From Christensenellaceae bacterium (lineage in GTDB: Bacteria; Bacillota; Clostridia; Christensenellales; UBA1242), in NCBI GenBank assembly GCA_031256235.1, contig JAIRQZ010000032.1, forward strand, positions 5,224 to 69,223: DNA of 64,000 bases. Reading direction: 5' to 3'. Both the position numbers and the translations under genes were made by a program. The notes beneath the pieces were generated by a model. That model was not told the DNA's origin. It saw nothing but the letters and a program-made list of their open reading frames with translations, and ran no database searches. Position 1 is the stretch's first letter; the number at the start of each line of letters is the position of its first letter. Of this stretch, positions 53,070 through 63,044 are shown one piece after another.

Positions 53070-55796
53070 ATGGGACTTTTTTCATCTGATAATACGCGCC
53101 ATGTGCGCAGGTTACAAAGAATAGCCAATCGCGTCATGTTACTGGAGGACACCTACAAAGCAAAAACCGACGACGAACTGCGGGCAATGACCGCCGAGTT
53201 TAAAGAGGCCATAAAAAACGGCAAGACAGTTGACCAAATTTTGCCCGACGCATTTGCGACGGTGCGCGAAGCCGCCGACCGCGTTTTGAATCAACGCGCC
53301 TTTTATGTCCAAGTCCTTGGAGGTATCGCGCTTCACCAAGGCCGAATCGCTGAAATGAAGACAGGTGAAGGTAAAACATTAACAAGTATCTTCCCTGTCT
53401 ATTTAAATGCACTTTTGGGGAAAGGCGTACATGTCGTCGAAGTCAACGAATATCTTGCCAAACGTAACCAAGAATGGATGGGTAAGGTCCACCGCTTTTT
53501 GGGACTTACGGTCGGGTACAGCCGTGGCCAAGACGACGGCAAAGAAAAAAAAGCAGCCTATGATTGCGACATCACTTATGTAACATCAAGCGAATTGGGC
53601 TTTGATTACCTGCGTGACAACACGGCCCACGACAAGCGTGAACGTGTTCAGCGCGGTCAATACATGGCAATCGTCGACGAGGCCGACAGTATCTTAATAG
53701 ATGAAAGCCGTACTCCCCTTATCATGTCGTCCCGTACCCAAGACAACAGCAAACAATACCAAATATGCGACAAGTTCGTACGGACTTTGCACGAAGACGA
53801 TTATGAAATCGACCTTAAAGAACGCGCCGTCCGCTTGATGGAATCTGGTATCGAAAAAGCCGAACGCGCCTTTAGTATTGACAACATAAGTGGCGCCGAA
53901 AATATGGAACTTAACCACTTCATCAACAACGCACTTAAGGCGCACCTTATATTCTCGGAAGGCGGCGATTATATCGTCAGCAAGGACAAAGAAATTATCA
54001 TCGTTGACCAAAACACAGGACGCCAAATGCAAGGGCGCCGTTACAGCGATGGACTTCACCAAGCAATCGAGGCCAAAGAAGGCGTACCTATCCGTAACGA
54101 AGACAAAACAGTTGCCACAATCACGATTCAAAACCTGTTCAAGTTATATTCAAAACTGTCGGGCATGACGGGTACCGCGAAAACCGAGGAACAGGAATTT
54201 ATAAAAATTTATGGCGTCGATGTCGTTTGTATCCCGACCAACAAAGACGTCATCCGCGAAGACGCCGCCGACGTTGTGTTCACGAAACTTGAAAAGAAAA
54301 TGCAAGCCATACTTGAAGACGTCGAATATCGATATGGTCGAGGCCAACCTGTCCTTATAGGTACGACTACAATCGAAAAATCGGAAGACATTGCAAAGAT
54401 GTTAAAGATGAAAAAAATCCCCCACAACGTATTGAACGCCAAGCACCACGAACGCGAGGCCGACATCGTCGCACAGGCTGGAAGATTGGCTCAAGTCACA
54501 ATTGCTACCAACATGGCGGGTCGTGGTACCGACATTTTGCTTGGCGGTAACCCAGAATATTTGGCAACCCAACAACTTAAAAAAGAAGAATATGATGACG
54601 AACAAGTCTATAACGCCACAAGTTACCAAGAAACCGACAATCCCGAAATCCACAAACTGCGCGACCATTATAAACAACTGTTTATCCGTTACAAGGAACA
54701 AACCGACAAAGAAAAAGAAAAAGTCATCGACCTTGGCGGGCTTCATATTATAGGAACCGAACGCCATGACAGCCGCCGAATCGATAACCAACTTCGGGGC
54801 CGAAGCGGACGTCAAGGCGACCCTGGCTCGACCATTTTCTATATATCCTGTGAAGACGAAATCATAAAACGCTTTGGAAAGGACGTCATAGGCGGCGCGT
54901 TACGCCTGTTCAGAATGGACGATATACAAAGCCGTATGCTTACACGCATGTTTGAACGCGTACAAAAACGCGTCGAGGGCTATTACTTTGACGCCCGCAG
55001 ATATACATTTGAATATGACAATGTCCTTAACGGTCAACGCGAATTGATTTACAAAGAACGCAACCAGTTACTTGACGGCGCAGACGTCCACAAGCAAATC
55101 CTTAACATGTTCCCCGAAGTCGTACAAAAAATTGTCTCCGAAGCAATCGACACAAGCGCAAACCACACCGAATGGGATTTGGCAAAGGCCAATGAAGTGT
55201 TGGGCTCGCGCCTGTTTGGTAAAAAAGTCGAGTACCTTGACAAAGAAAACACCGACAATGCGGACTATACCGAAATCGAGCAAATGGTTTACGACGCCGT
55301 CATTGAACAATACGAAGCCAAAGTCAAAAAAATCACAGACGACGGCTTTGACTTTGCGGGCCTTGAACGCAACGTGTTGTTGTCCGTCGTCGATAACAAG
55401 TGGATGGACCACATCGACGCGATGGTACAGTTGCGCAACGGCATAGGCCTGCGCGGTTATGGACAACAAAACCCACTTAACGAATATCGTCGCGAAGCAA
55501 TCGATATGTTCAATCTCATGGTCGAAGCCATAAACGAACACGCCGTATTGTTCTTGTTCAAAATCCAAATCGAAAAACAAGCACGCCCGATGCCTGTCCG
55601 AGTCCATGCCAAGCCCGTCTCGGACGCCAGTGCGAAAGGGATCGCACCGACCACTGACCCGTTGTCAACATCAAAGACCCCTGTAGCAACGGCATCCGCG
55701 ACGGGCTCTTATACCAACACTGGCAAAGAAGTCGGGCGCAATGAACCCTGCCCTTGCGGAAGTGGCAAGAAGTACAAAAACTGTTGCGGACAATAG
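53070..55796 (+). CDS. secA: preprotein translocase ATPase SecA
   Basis: Full-length SecA (MKTGEGKTL, DEADSILIDE, TNMAGRGTDI) with the C-terminal zinc motif CPCGSGKKYKNCCG. Confidence 0.98.
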   Translation: MGLFSSDNTRHVRRLQRIANRVMLLEDTYKAKTDDELRAMTAEFKEAIKNGKTVDQILPDAFATVREAADRVLNQRAFYVQVLGGIALHQGRIAEMKTGEGKTLTSIFPVYLNALLGKGVHVVEVNEYLAKRNQEWMGKVHRFLGLTVGYSRGQDDGKEKKAAYDCDITYVTSSELGFDYLRDNTAHDKRERVQRGQYMAIVDEADSILIDESRTPLIMSSRTQDNSKQYQICDKFVRTLHEDDYEIDLKERAVRLMESGIEKAERAFSIDNISGAENMELNHFINNALKAHLIFSEGGDYIVSKDKEIIIVDQNTGRQMQGRRYSDGLHQAIEAKEGVPIRNEDKTVATITIQNLFKLYSKLSGMTGTAKTEEQEFIKIYGVDVVCIPTNKDVIREDAADVVFTKLEKKMQAILEDVEYRYGRGQPVLIGTTTIEKSEDIAKMLKMKKIPHNVLNAKHHEREADIVAQAGRLAQVTIATNMAGRGTDILLGGNPEYLATQQLKKEEYDDEQVYNATSYQETDNPEIHKLRDHYKQLFIRYKEQTDKEKEKVIDLGGLHIIGTERHDSRRIDNQLRGRSGRQGDPGSTIFYISCEDEIIKRFGKDVIGGALRLFRMDDIQSRMLTRMFERVQKRVEGYYFDARRYTFEYDNVLNGQRELIYKERNQLLDGADVHKQILNMFPEVVQKIVSEAIDTSANHTEWDLAKANEVLGSRLFGKKVEYLDKENTDNADYTEIEQMVYDAVIEQYEAKVKKITDDGFDFAGLERNVLLSVVDNKWMDHIDAMVQLRNGIGLRGYGQQNPLNEYRREAIDMFNLMVEAINEHAVLFLFKIQIEKQARPMPVRVHAKPVSDASAKGIAPTTDPLSTSKTPVATASATGSYTNTGKEVGRNEPCPCGSGKKYKNCCGQ

Positions 55797-55811
55797 AGGA
55801 TAGTCAATTAA

Positions 55812-57542
55812 TTAAGCACCCATATATGCTTTGTAATATTTTTTCTTCTTGGCCATCAACTCTTTGTGCGTGCCCTGCTCGGCAATTTTGCCGTTTTCCA
55901 TGTAATAGATTATGTCGCACTTTTCAACAGACGCCAAACGATGCGTCACAAAGATTGTGGTTTGTTTCTTGTTGTTCTTCATGATTTTTTCATACACGGC
56001 CTTTTCAGTAATGGTATCGGTGGCCGACAAAGACTGATGGAATATCGCCACGTCGGGCTTTTGTAAAACCAAGCGCGCGACGCAAAGGGCTTGTTTTTGA
56101 CCAAGACCCAACGCCTCGGTGCTGTCCGTCAAAAACGTTTCATAGCCATTTTCAAGTGTGTCGATAAATTCGTGACTGCCCAACTTTTCCGTAACCGCCA
56201 TTACGTTTTCCGGCAATTCCCGACGCACGCCGTACAACAGGTTCTCTGCAGCCGTGCCTCGGAAAATAAAAGGTTGTTCAAAACAGATACCGACGCATTT
56301 ATAATAACTTTTGGATGAAATCTCGTCCAAATTAATTCCGTCTACCGTTATTTGTCCGCTTGTAGGGTTTCCAAGTTTCGCCAATAAATCCACAAGGTAT
56401 GTCTTTCCACTGCCCGCCTGTCCAACGAATGCAACCGACGCGCCCTGCGGAATATCGAAACTGATTTTATCAAGCAACTTTATGTCATGGTCGATGTACG
56501 ACACGCTCTTGAACGAAAATCCCGTCTTTATGTCGTGTATGTCGATGTGCTCTTTTTGTGTAACGTCTTCGCCGTAATCCAAAATTTCGAAAATGCGCGG
56601 AGCCTTGGTTTTTATGCCTTGAATAAGATTCGTCGCCGTTGTCACAATGACCGCGTTCGACAGGAACCTGTTGGAGTACATGATAAAGGCAGGCAATGCA
56701 CCGAACTCGGTAGGAATAGCCTGCGTAACATACAAAACCCCGAACAAAAACGTGACCAAAAGATACATAAAGTTTTGGATGAACTTGATGTAAACGGAAT
56801 TGAACGCGGTAGCGGTATCTTCGCCGATTGTGGCCTTGACATGATTTTCATTTATGGCCATGAACTTGTCGCCCTCGTCATCAAGCCCGTGGGTGGTGTA
56901 AAATTCTTTTAACGAAAACTTTTGGTCAAGATGTGTATACGTTGTCGAACTTGCTTTTGCATAGTTATAGAAATATTTTTGCGTGCGCTTTGATACAAGC
57001 CGAGCCGATATAATGCAAATCGGCAACGAAAGAACCACAACAATCGCCAAAATCCAGTTAATCATGAACATCATAATCGAAGTAGTGATAAAGAAAATCG
57101 ACAGACGCGCAATCGAATAAAAGGTATTAAGGAATGTCTTTACAATCTCCTCGGTCAAACTTGCAATGCGTCGCGAAAGGTCGCCCGTCGTGAACTTTTG
57201 CAAAAACGATACGGGAACAACGTCAAGTTTGCGTTTGACCTCGGTGATTTTCGCGGTCATTATAACGTCCTCGTACTTCAAAATCATGAAGGTACAAAAA
57301 ACATCGAATAACGCATTTGTGACCGCCAGTATTCCAAAAATAATAAGATACTCGACAACGGACTGCATAGGAACGGGGACATTGGCCGTCTGCATCCACG
57401 CCCTTAACACGTTAAACGAGTCGCGCAAGAACGACGGCATAAAGGCATACAGAACAATACTTAAACTTCCTACAATTATGACGCCAAACACGCGCCACTT
57501 AAGAATCGAGAAGAATGAAAAAATGCGCAATATGTTTTTCAT
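55812..57542 (-). CDS. ABC exporter, fused TMD-NBD half-transporter (partner B)
   Basis: 6-TM exporter domain + NBD. Walker A GQAGSGKT, Q-loop EQP, signature LGLGQ, Walker B position VAIFHQSLSATD, H-loop THR. Confidence 0.85.
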   Translation of the reverse strand: MKNILRIFSFFSILKWRVFGVIIVGSLSIVLYAFMPSFLRDSFNVLRAWMQTANVPVPMQSVVEYLIIFGILAVTNALFDVFCTFMILKYEDVIMTAKITEVKRKLDVVPVSFLQKFTTGDLSRRIASLTEEIVKTFLNTFYSIARLSIFFITTSIMMFMINWILAIVVVLSLPICIISARLVSKRTQKYFYNYAKASSTTYTHLDQKFSLKEFYTTHGLDDEGDKFMAINENHVKATIGEDTATAFNSVYIKFIQNFMYLLVTFLFGVLYVTQAIPTEFGALPAFIMYSNRFLSNAVIVTTATNLIQGIKTKAPRIFEILDYGEDVTQKEHIDIHDIKTGFSFKSVSYIDHDIKLLDKISFDIPQGASVAFVGQAGSGKTYLVDLLAKLGNPTSGQITVDGINLDEISSKSYYKCVGICFEQPFIFRGTAAENLLYGVRRELPENVMAVTEKLGSHEFIDTLENGYETFLTDSTEALGLGQKQALCVARLVLQKPDVAIFHQSLSATDTITEKAVYEKIMKNNKKQTTIFVTHRLASVEKCDIIYYMENGKIAEQGTHKELMAKKKKYYKAYMGA

Positions 57543-59290
57543 GCCTTCACCTCCGCCCCGTCAATCATTACGCCAAGCATCGAAGCATGGAACTCGCGAT
57601 AATCTTTGCTGTCCTTAAGTAACGCCGAATGTGTGCCCGTTGCGGTTATGCGACCGTCCTTAAGGACATAAATCGTGTCGCAACCCTTACAAACCAAACC
57701 GTTATATGTGAAAAAGATAGCGGTTTTCTTCTCGCGCTTCACCTTTTGCATCAAGCGTGTAACATGCGCATTGCTTACATGTTCAAAGCACTGGTTAAAG
57801 ACATACAGATGCGCTGGTTTCAACAAGGCTCGCACAATATTAAGCACATTTTTGTGCCCCTCGGACAAGTTACCGTCCTTGATTTCATAACCCAAAAAGT
57901 CATCGAATTGATTGATTATGCTTGTTGCGCCAATGTCTTTAAAAATTTTGATTACATCATCGTCCGTGGCCTGTGGCGCCAAAAAGCGCATGTTGTCCCG
58001 AATAGTCCCAGGTACGAACTTGGGGCTTGAATCACAATAGGATATAAAATCGCGACGCCAATAGTTGGAATTTATTTGCGCTATGTCTATATCATTAAAG
58101 GTAATGTTACCACCCGTCGGTTCCTTTAATTTGATAATCAAAGATGCAATCATACTCTTACCGCTGTTGACACCGCCAACTATAGAAACCAACTTGCAAT
58201 CTGGTATATCAATATTAACCCCGTTAAGCGGTTTTTTACCATTCGGGTATTTGAATTCTACGTTCTTTAATTTCAAAACATTTGTCTTATATGTAGGAAT
58301 TTCTTTAAGCCCGCCCGCGCGTGGGGCTTCGGGCATTATGTAAAATTTGTCCAACCTTTTAACTGTGAAACGAGTCCGTGGCAACACATCAAGAAACCAT
58401 TGGAAAATTTGATGCGACCCTTCCCAAACTTTGTTTATATATTGAGTCGCAGTATTCAAAATAATAACTCCGTTTGTTTGGGCGGGAGAAAGATTAAAAG
58501 CCGCCGCATAGATGATGATTGCAATTGTTATAAGCGTAAATAAAATCGTATGGAATGCATTGCTTAACGCGACACCTCGGTCAAAAGCGATGCCCTGTCG
58601 ACGTTGCAATCTTACGTACTCTTCAAAGTCTTGGCTTCGCTCTTCGGCCTTACCTAAAATACGGATGTCTTTTGCACCCTTGATTCCTTCTTTGATGTTA
58701 AGAAAGTACTCGTCATAAGCGTCCACGCTTGCTGGGATTGTTTTGCTGAATCGCCTTATACAAATGTAGGTAAATACACCCACAAAAGGGATACTTGCAA
58801 ATGCGAACATTGCATAAACCCAACTTAAAGTGAACAACATTATAAAACTTCCCAAAATTGCAACAGGGAAATAAACAAGAAGAACGATGATGCGTCGGTG
58901 ATACTTTTTAAGCCAGTTTGCATCGTTCATGATTGTCGGCAAGATTCTTGCGATACCGATTTGGTCGATTTGCTCGGGTTGAAGACGGCTGAACTTTTCG
59001 TACAATGAGGCACGCACATTTCCCGCATACTTATTGGTGCAAATTGCCCCGACCCATTCGGATAAATAGTATCCGCCGAACATAACTAAAATAAATCCGA
59101 ATACCAAAAGGCCTTGCAACACAAGCGGTGTCACTGACGGGTTGTTTGAAGCAAATTCACGCTCGGCAACCTTTGTAACATCTTGCAAAAGAATGGGAAA
59201 ATAAAGACACAGCCCCTCGTATGCCGCAAGCGCAAGCACGGAAAGCAAAATATATTTTTTTACGCCTTTGTTGTGATGCAAATTTTTCAA
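57539..59290 (-). CDS. ABC exporter, fused TMD-NBD half-transporter (partner A, degenerate NBD)
   Basis: 6-TM domain + NBD. Walker A GGVNSGKS, Q-loop position DSS, signature LSEGH, Walker B position LYVFNQCFEHVS, H-loop position TYN. TTG start. 4-nt overlap with partner B. Confidence 0.82.
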   Translation of the reverse strand: MKNLHHNKGVKKYILLSVLALAAYEGLCLYFPILLQDVTKVAEREFASNNPSVTPLVLQGLLVFGFILVMFGGYYLSEWVGAICTNKYAGNVRASLYEKFSRLQPEQIDQIGIARILPTIMNDANWLKKYHRRIIVLLVYFPVAILGSFIMLFTLSWVYAMFAFASIPFVGVFTYICIRRFSKTIPASVDAYDEYFLNIKEGIKGAKDIRILGKAEERSQDFEEYVRLQRRQGIAFDRGVALSNAFHTILFTLITIAIIIYAAAFNLSPAQTNGVIILNTATQYINKVWEGSHQIFQWFLDVLPRTRFTVKRLDKFYIMPEAPRAGGLKEIPTYKTNVLKLKNVEFKYPNGKKPLNGVNIDIPDCKLVSIVGGVNSGKSMIASLIIKLKEPTGGNITFNDIDIAQINSNYWRRDFISYCDSSPKFVPGTIRDNMRFLAPQATDDDVIKIFKDIGATSIINQFDDFLGYEIKDGNLSEGHKNVLNIVRALLKPAHLYVFNQCFEHVSNAHVTRLMQKVKREKKTAIFFTYNGLVCKGCDTIYVLKDGRITATGTHSALLKDSKDYREFHASMLGVMIDGAEVKA

Positions 59291-59294
59291 TAAA

Positions 59295-59957
59295 TCATAT
59301 TACAGCACTTGCGATAAGTTGCGCAAGCATCTTTTGATATGCGGTCGTTTTAAGCAACTTCTCTTCGGAGGGATTTGACAAAAATCCGCACTCGACAAGC
59401 ACCGACGGGAACGCCGTGCATTCAAGTATATAATAGTCCCCAACCGTTGCACGCCTGTTGATATTAAGGCTGCTTTTGTTAAAGTTTTCTTGAATGGCTT
59501 GTGCGTATTCTTTGCTTTTCTCACCTGTCTTGTCAAAAAAGGTCTGTAGACCTCGTACAGCAGGATTTGACGGAAAACTGTTAAGATGTATTGATATCAC
59601 TAAATCGGGCTTGACCTGTTCGATGATTTTGCGGCGCTCGTCCATATCGCTCCTCTTTTGATTCTTTGCATATGGACTTGCAAGACTGTGTTCATTGGCA
59701 CGCGTCAATGTAACGCCAGCGCCCCTATGTTCAAACTCGGCCTTAAGATGTTTCGCAATCGCAAGATTTATGTCGCGTTCAAGTGTACCACTTCGACTTG
59801 ATGCACCGCCGTCACGGCCTCCGTGCCCCGCATCAATCACAATGTGAAAGCCTTCGGACCGCGCATGCACCTGGGCACCCGAAAAATCGAACGCAAGACT
59901 TGCAACAACCGCCACGGCAAGTGCGACACATAAGGCAACATAAGACAACTTCCTCAC
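59295..59957 (-). CDS. cwlD: N-acetylmuramoyl-L-alanine amidase (Amidase_3, CwlD-like)
   Basis: N-terminal anchor. VIDAGHGGRDGGA...ISIHLNS...VLVECGFLSN. GTG start. Confidence 0.75.
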   Translation of the reverse strand: MRKLSYVALCVALAVAVVASLAFDFSGAQVHARSEGFHIVIDAGHGGRDGGASSRSGTLERDINLAIAKHLKAEFEHRGAGVTLTRANEHSLASPYAKNQKRSDMDERRKIIEQVKPDLVISIHLNSFPSNPAVRGLQTFFDKTGEKSKEYAQAIQENFNKSSLNINRRATVGDYYILECTAFPSVLVECGFLSNPSEEKLLKTTAYQKMLAQLIASAVI

Positions 59958-59987
59958 TACAATATATATCGTCGATTTTTGTCGATA

Positions 59988-60016
59988 TTGACAAATTTGG
60001 GCAACTGTGATATAAT
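59988..60016 (+). promoter_or_regulatory. consensus sigmaA promoter
   Basis: TTGACA (59988-59993) - 17 nt incl. TGa - TATAAT (60011-60016), a perfect consensus with extended -10. Confidence 0.55.
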
Positions 60017-60035
60017 AAAAATGGAGAAATTTTTA

Positions 60036-60611
60036 ATGAACACTACAGGAAGAAAACTTGGAACATTTATCTTGGCTACTACTTTATTACTTGGACCTAC
60101 AGTAAAAGCAAATGCCGGGCAAGGTCTTTCCCCTAACCACGACACCAATGTCAAAACGGCAATCGAAGACAACAGCCCAATGTGGTATTTAAAAAAGGTT
60201 GCGGAATCCCAAGACAGCATATCCACACAAAAAAAAGTTGCCATTGCGACTATCAACGCCAGCATGAACGCAGTAATGAACGCACAAATGATTTGTGCGG
60301 CATACGGCCGAGGCAACAATATTGAATTAATAAACCAAGCCTATGACATACTTGACCAGGCATTTGCACAAACCATGGTGTTGGACCAAAGTTTAGCGAC
60401 TTTGTATTCCGTGTCAAAAAATATAAAGAAGTATGACCGAGCCCAATTAAGCGAAATCGCGCTGTGGTTGCCAAACATGGCAACAAGTACATTTATGACT
60501 GTAGACGAAATACGACAAATGTGTGCTATGGCAATCGGCAAAGCGCAACAAGCCACAGCAGGAATCCAAATCCCGCAAACGCAAAGAAAAATTCCCGACA
60601 AAACTGTTTAA
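60036..60611 (+). CDS. secreted protein, unknown function
   Basis: Signal peptide MNTTGRKLGTFILATTLLLGPTVKANA. GGAG lies 9 nt upstream of ATG 60036. An alternative ATG at 60021 is 4 nt after the -10 box. Confidence 0.5.
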   Translation: MNTTGRKLGTFILATTLLLGPTVKANAGQGLSPNHDTNVKTAIEDNSPMWYLKKVAESQDSISTQKKVAIATINASMNAVMNAQMICAAYGRGNNIELINQAYDILDQAFAQTMVLDQSLATLYSVSKNIKKYDRAQLSEIALWLPNMATSTFMTVDEIRQMCAMAIGKAQQATAGIQIPQTQRKIPDKTV

Positions 60612-61561
60612 TTCTTTGCAAATTTTTTGAACTTCTTGTTTTGTTTTTTTGAAAAAGCCCTCATGAACCTGTCATGGGCTTTTTTGCTTTTAAAGGTCTT
60701 TGCGTGCGGCCACTTTGCATCGTCGGCCTCGGGTGCGGTTTCAAGCACCGACAAATTGCTGATGATGCGTTCAAAGGACTTCATGACGTGGCTGTAAGTA
60801 AGTCCGTCGATAAAGCGTTCGTCCTCGGTAATGCCAAGTTCGATTACCTTTTCCGACTTGGTTTGACCTGTTTTCGCGTCAACGACAGGCTTTAACTGTT
60901 CTTTACCCATCGTCGCAAAAAACCCGCAGTTTCCAAAGTTATAAAGATGATGCCACACAGGGCCAAGGTGCACGCTTTTCATGTCGCCAAACATCGCACT
61001 CGAATGGAAAGGGCTTACCTCGAACATAAACTTGTCGCTTAACATGCCCCATCGGTCGCATAGTCTTAAGGTCCACACAAACAAACGCAAAAGCGGGTTC
61101 GGCAAACTTCCAAGGAAACTGTCGACTATGTCGTCGGTCGCATTGGTTCCGCTTATAGCATTGGTAATAGTGGCGTCAAGTTTTTGTTTAATCTCGGCAA
61201 TAGTTTCTTTGCCCGTAAAGCGACATTTGACGACCGTTTCTTTTTCGCCCGTGCGCAAATTTTTGTGCATGACCAACCCAAAATCCACAAAATAGCGTTG
61301 ATAAAAATTGCCTTTGACAATAAATCGGTTTAACTCTGGGCGTTGATAAAAAAGCCGTACTATCGTTGCAACGGCTATATCGCGATAGTTGTATTCCATG
61401 CCATGTTTGTTTTTTTCGGCAATCCATTCATCCATGTGGCGCGCAAGCAATTCTTGCGTGTAATAGTTTTGCACGTTCGTGCGATTCTCCCCTACAAGTA
61501 ACGCCCCAAGGCGCAAGAATCCATTAAGTCCTTTGATTTTTAAACCGTCTTTGCGTTTCAT
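60608..61561 (-). CDS. stand-alone 2-oxoacid dehydrogenase E2 catalytic-domain-like (CAT-fold) protein
   Basis: ...VIELGITEDERFIDGLTYSHVMKSF parallels the E2 [ST]xDHRxxDG segment, but with Glu at the His position. No lipoyl or E3-binding domains. Confidence 0.45.
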   Translation of the reverse strand: MKRKDGLKIKGLNGFLRLGALLVGENRTNVQNYYTQELLARHMDEWIAEKNKHGMEYNYRDIAVATIVRLFYQRPELNRFIVKGNFYQRYFVDFGLVMHKNLRTGEKETVVKCRFTGKETIAEIKQKLDATITNAISGTNATDDIVDSFLGSLPNPLLRLFVWTLRLCDRWGMLSDKFMFEVSPFHSSAMFGDMKSVHLGPVWHHLYNFGNCGFFATMGKEQLKPVVDAKTGQTKSEKVIELGITEDERFIDGLTYSHVMKSFERIISNLSVLETAPEADDAKWPHAKTFKSKKAHDRFMRAFSKKQNKKFKKFAKN

Positions 61562-61570
61562 GTAATGATG

Positions 61571-62038
61571 TTACACCCCGCCACGGATTTCCCCAACCGT
61601 TTTTTGTGTTTCACGCTCAATGTCGCGTTCCTTTAACGCGGCTCTTTTATCATAATTCTTTTTGCCCAGTGCAAGCGCGATTTCTAACTTCACGCATCCC
61701 TGTTTGTTGAAATAAATCCGAGTAGGCACACATGTATAGCCCTTTGCCTTGACCGCGGTGTGTATCTTGCGAATTTCACTTTTATTCAAAAGCAACTTCC
61801 TGTCCCGCCTCGTTTCCTGTGTCTTTACATCGCCAAATTGAAAAGGCGAAAAGTGCGCATTTTTCAACCACGCCTCGACAACTCCGTCGGTAACAGTAAA
61901 ATGTACAAAACTGTCTTTTAAATTTACCGTGCTGGCACGTGCCGACTTGACTTCCCACCCAAGCAACGCGACACCCGCCTCGAACTTGTCTTCAATAAAA
62001 AAGTCGTGCCTGGCCTTCCTGTTGTCACTTATGTTCAT
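61571..62038 (-). CDS. smpB: SsrA-binding protein SmpB
   Basis: NRKARHDFFIEDKFEAGVALLGWEVKS...ETRRDRKLLL... full-length SmpB. 4-nt overlap with trpS. Confidence 0.93.
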   Translation of the reverse strand: MNISDNRKARHDFFIEDKFEAGVALLGWEVKSARASTVNLKDSFVHFTVTDGVVEAWLKNAHFSPFQFGDVKTQETRRDRKLLLNKSEIRKIHTAVKAKGYTCVPTRIYFNKQGCVKLEIALALGKKNYDKRAALKERDIERETQKTVGEIRGGV

Positions 62039-62988
62039 TTTACACCTATTGCTTTGCGTACGCGGTCAAGCGTTTCCCGCGCAACCCCGCGCGCCTCGAC
62101 CGAGCCTTTTTCAAGAATCTTTTCAACCTCGGCATAGTGGCTCATTAAATGATTGTATTTTTCACGCATAGGCGCGATTACCTTGTCCATGGCCTCGAAT
62201 AACTTTTGTTTGGCATCGCCCCACCCGATTTTGTTATCAAGTTCCTTGCCCGTGAAATGTTTGTACAACTGGAATATAAGATGTTCCTTGGGTTTGGCCT
62301 CGTTTGGCGCGCTTGAATCCGTAGCAATGCGTTTTACGCACTTTAAAAGTTCTGCACTGTCACAAAACAACGGAATAATGTTACCGTAACTTTTGGACAT
62401 CTTGCGCCCGTCAAGGCCTTGTATCGTCGCAACATCCTCGCGGATAGTTTCCTTTGGCACAACCAAAGTGTCACCGTACACGGCGTTAAACGACTTGGCA
62501 ATGTCGCAGGCAATTTCGATGTGTTGCTTTTGGTCGGAACCCACAGGAACAAGATTAGTATTAAACAACAAAATATCCGCGGCCATCAAAATCGGATAAT
62601 TGTAAAGACCCATATTCACATCAAAGTCGGCATCGCGCTTTTGTTCAATATTCGACGCAATCGCCGCTTTGTACGAATGCGCCCTGTTCATAAGCCCCTT
62701 CGGAGTCACATTTGTCAAAATCGTCGCAAGTTCGAAAACTTCTGGCACATCGGACTGGCGGTAAAACACCGTCTTTTTGGGGTCAAGTCCGCACGCAAGC
62801 CAAGTACACGCAACTTGCTTCACCGACTCGGCATGGGCTTTTGGTTCGTGAACTTGATTCAGTGCATGGTAATCGGCAATAAAGCAATGCGTACCGCCCA
62901 TATCAATCATGGGCCTAATCGCGCCTAAATAATTCCCGACATGTGGCGTGCCTGTGCATTTAATCCCAGTTAAAACTATTTTTCCCAT
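62035..62988 (-). CDS. trpS: tryptophan--tRNA ligase
   Basis: HIGH-type TGTPHVGNYLG, KMSKS, class I Rossmann fold. ATG 62988 (MGKIVLTG) is preferred over the track start 63024. Confidence 0.93.
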   Translation of the reverse strand: MGKIVLTGIKCTGTPHVGNYLGAIRPMIDMGGTHCFIADYHALNQVHEPKAHAESVKQVACTWLACGLDPKKTVFYRQSDVPEVFELATILTNVTPKGLMNRAHSYKAAIASNIEQKRDADFDVNMGLYNYPILMAADILLFNTNLVPVGSDQKQHIEIACDIAKSFNAVYGDTLVVPKETIREDVATIQGLDGRKMSKSYGNIIPLFCDSAELLKCVKRIATDSSAPNEAKPKEHLIFQLYKHFTGKELDNKIGWGDAKQKLFEAMDKVIAPMREKYNHLMSHYAEVEKILEKGSVEARGVARETLDRVRKAIGVK

Positions 62989-62993
62989 ACGAC

Positions 62994-63022
62994 ATTGTAT
63001 CATACAAACACCAACTTGACAC
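62994..63022 (-). promoter_or_regulatory. trpS promoter abutting start (leaderless geometry)
   Basis: Minus strand GTGTCA (63022-63017) - 17 nt incl. TGa - TACAAT (62999-62994) - 5 nt - ATG 62988. Confidence 0.45.
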
Positions 63023-63044
63023 AAGCGAAACTATGTGCTATATT
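63016..63044 (+). promoter_or_regulatory. promoter abutting start of 63051 gene (leaderless geometry)
   Basis: TTGACA (63016-63021) - 17 nt incl. TGc - TATATT (63039-63044) - 6 nt - ATG 63051. Its -35 overlaps the trpS -35 on the other strand. Confidence 0.5.

Noticed and set aside
59281-59310. TAATAT-N6-TTG upstream of the 583-aa ABC gene as another leaderless example
   Set aside because: The start is TTG, and leaderless initiation is expected to need AUG. The gene may be co-transcribed with cwlD, so I did not count it in the leaderless set.
59957-60319. 120-aa minus-strand ORF between cwlD and the secreted-protein gene
   Set aside because: It is antisense to an ORF that has a perfect consensus promoter, an RBS and a signal peptide, and it has no signals of its own.
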